Of a stretch of DNA of 64,000 bases, positions 61,246 to 64,000 are shown piece by piece; the stretch's first letter is position 1, and each line of letters begins with the position of its first letter. The notes under the pieces were generated by a model. It searched no databases. It had not been told where the DNA came from and saw only the letters and a program-made list of their open reading frames with translations. Position numbers and translations under genes: made by a program. The DNA lies in the NCBI GenBank assembly GCA_010015585.1, contig ML975156.1. One strand, 5' to 3'. Source of the DNA: Eremomyces bilateralis CBS 781.70. Lineage: Eukaryota.

Positions 61246-62752
61246 CTTAGCAATAATGTTTGGGATTCCGCCCAACCTAAATTTGATTCATTCAGTCAGC
61301 ATCATTTTGTTCCAGTTTCAATGGTGCCAACGCGAATATCACTACCGCCAACATGGATCGTCATCCTATACGCCCTATACCATAGCCATTAGCCGCCTTC
61401 GGGGATATTGAAAGGAAATTCGTGGTAGATTCGCGGTTCACTGGATGATGTCACTGCCAACAGCAAAGTTGCCTTACCCAAACTCGGACACACTGCGACA
61501 CTTTCGCCTGCTCAGATTCTCCCTTTTCACAGCTTTCCAACCCGTCTCAGCCCAAAATGGTTGTAGTCTTGTAGAAAAATGTCCAGTCAGGGGCCACAAA
61601 TTTACCTAAACCTACCCACCGGTGACAGAGCAAGCCCCCCTTTAGAGCGGACGAATGTTGAGCGAACTATTTGTATTTTTGTCTCAGTTACTGTATATTG
61701 TTGTCCCTGTTATCATTGATGCAATAATACCTATGCACTTAATCTTATAAACTCAATATATCATTCTTGTACGCGGCACAGGTTGCAATCGTTTGTAATG
61801 TTTAAGATATCTATCTCACATATACATTTTAACTACCTCAACAGTGCATCTACATTTCATTCCAGCCAGCAGATCATGTTAAGTCGCGGCCCGAAACAAC
61901 TTTCGCTTGACAGCTTGGCATTGTCGCGATCATTAAGTTTATTCTTTAATTCCTACCCCTATATACTCACTCCGTTGTCAGCCAAGTGCTTGGTTCCTTA
62001 GACCCACTGCAGTGTCACTACTCCTTGATGGAACCCAATGGAAAACATCTCTAAGATTTAGTGTAACCTGCGAGGACTCGATAGTTGCGTACAACATCAG
62101 AATGCCGCCAGCTAGTGCCAGATCTCCGTCACCGGACTGGCCGTCTCACTACGTTCGGGACCTTTGTACAACCGTGATCTACACAGGTCCTCGAATGAAC
62201 TCCATTTAGCAGTCCGTTTTATAGATTCATGGTACTGGTGTCCGGTCACTAGAAGCTGTACCTGTACGATAAAGCTAAATTAGCCTATGATACGCGAGAA
62301 TTGCCGACTTCACCGTCGTGGATTCCCCTGATTGGTACGAATTCAGCCCCTAGGAGTCCTTCTCATGCAATTTCTCGGAATATTGAACGTTCAAGTCGGG
62401 TGGAGGACTTGACTGTTGCATTTTAATGACGACTACAACATGCTTCAGACTATGACAGCGTCGTGGCTATTCGGAGACTTCCCACAGCTGCGGATCGCTA
62501 AAGATAACTAGCGTGGCAAGCCACCTCTCAACATCGGCTTCCAGAGATATTGGTAGAAGGGTAGATATCGTTATCGTTAATCCCAGCGCTGATCTCCGTT
62601 GCTTTGCCTCCTGATATGGTGTTGGATATTGAACAGAGATGCCCACGGTGAGTGAAGGGTCAATATAAAGACATCATGGCAGCGTGATTGCAACTTGAGT
62701 AGACATTCGCATCCTCTTTCCTTTCCATATCGTTAGCAGAACACTCGCTTTC

Positions 62753-64000
62753 ATGATGAAGGTTTCTCAGTCGATTCTGTCGTTAAGTTTGGTTCTTTTT
62801 GGCCTAGGGACAGTGGCCGCACCTCAGGGCGTTTCGATTGCCCTTGCTATTCCATCAGGTACTCCAACGCCTTCCCTCGAATTCGTGGAAGCCACGAAAG
62901 AGGAGCCGGAGACTAAGGAAGACGGAATATCATCAAATTCGAGTTCTTTGGGCAGCCCGCCGCCGGTACTGGAAATCGCTTTCTCGAAGTTGAAGAACAT
63001 TTACAGGAGATATATCGCCGATGAGCTAGTGGACAGAGGATGGTCTAAGAAATGCAATTTTGGGAAAGTGATGGTGAGAAAGGAATGGTTAGTCGACTGC
63101 AATTGAACTCAGCGAAGCGCCAGATAAAGGGGCTAACAGACCCAGGGGTACTATGTCCCAATCCCAAAGGAAAAAGTATACCGACGCCGTCAAATGTCTT
63201 TACAACAGGCCGTCGCAGTCCGACCCTGTTCTGGTTCCCGGCGCGCGCAACCGTCTCGACGATTTCGTCGCTACCCATCTCACCTTCAGCAACAACATCC
63301 ACTTCAATGGCTACGTCTTCGCCTGGCATCGGCACTTCACCTATCTCTACGATCAAGAACTCCGCAACGAATGCGGTTACAGCGGGCCGACCCCATACTG
63401 GGACTGGGTGATTGACAACGCTGACCCACGTCGGTCCACTGTATTCGACGGCAGCGAGTTCAGCATGGGCGGCAATGGAGAGACTATCCCGCATGGTAAT
63501 ACAAGTATTAATGCATTTGGAATCACATTGAGCCTCCCACCAGGCACTGGAGGTGGCTGTGTCACAGAAGGCCCGTTCACGGATCTGGTTATCAATCTAG
63601 GACTTTCGCCGAATGTGAGCGCGCCAGACCAGAACCAGACCGCTCCACCTGATGTAACATCCCATTATTTGGCACCGTTTGCGGATGCATTCAAAGGAGA
63701 CACCACTGCGGCGGTCCAAAAGAGACAGAATGACGTACCCCCGGAGATCCTGCAGGGATTGAATTATAACCCACGATGCATGACGCGCGACATAAACCTG
63801 CAATGGGCAGCGCTGGCCACAACCACAGCACTGGCCCGTATCCTGTCCTGCGGCAATGTCAGATGTCTGGAGCAGCGGATTGATGGGTGGGAGGAAGGCG
63901 CTAGTGACGAACAACAGGCGAGAGACCAACTCCACGGAGGAGGCCATTTCACGATCGGCGGTTTGAACAACGATCCGTTCGCGAGCCCGGGCGATCCGGT
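62753..64000 (+). CDS. Secreted tyrosinase / catechol oxidase (type-3 copper), 3'-partial
   Basis: Signal peptide MMKVSQSILSLSLVLFGLGTVA; VRKEW|..YTDAVKCL; CuA DDFVATH..IHFNGYVFAWHRHF..ECGYSGPTPYWDW; GGGCVTEGPF; NPRCMTRD; CuB start LHGGGHFTIGG..DPFASPGDP at the window edge. Confidence 0.92.

Overview
Gene-dense, intron-containing DNA from a filamentous ascomycete (GT..AG introns with CTAAC/CTGAC branch sites). About 24 protein-coding loci are supported. Left and middle: a 5'-truncated EEP + poly(A)-polymerase-like + MJ1316 fusion, CoA-transferase III, copper amine oxidase, Rtf2, NoxR, CCS1, mitochondrial L13, uricase, Rictor/Avo3, a Pth11-like receptor, an Ara2-like aldo-keto reductase, a BTB-like protein, Mcp1, tubulin-tyrosine ligase and a CFEM membrane protein. 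Right: NAPE-PLD, choline oxidase and Arp6. Two loci stand out. (1) A fungal NLR whose N-terminal effector is a SIR2_2-type putative NADase like those of bacterial antiphage systems (SIR2-NACHT-ankyrin, 39412-42619); it carries two frameshifts. (2) A secondary-metabolite locus at the right end: a salicylate-hydroxylase-like flavin monooxygenase divergent from a 6-methylsalicylic-acid-synthase-type PKS, followed by a secreted tyrosinase, which suggests a 6-MSA -> 3-methylcatechol -> o-quinone/pigment route. Two further cell-surface genes look disrupted. Many housekeeping genes show a C-rich-to-G-rich sense-strand gradient. No rRNA, tRNA, CRISPR array or recognisable transposon was seen. All calls come from reading motifs by eye; no searches were run, and splice coordinates are manual estimates.
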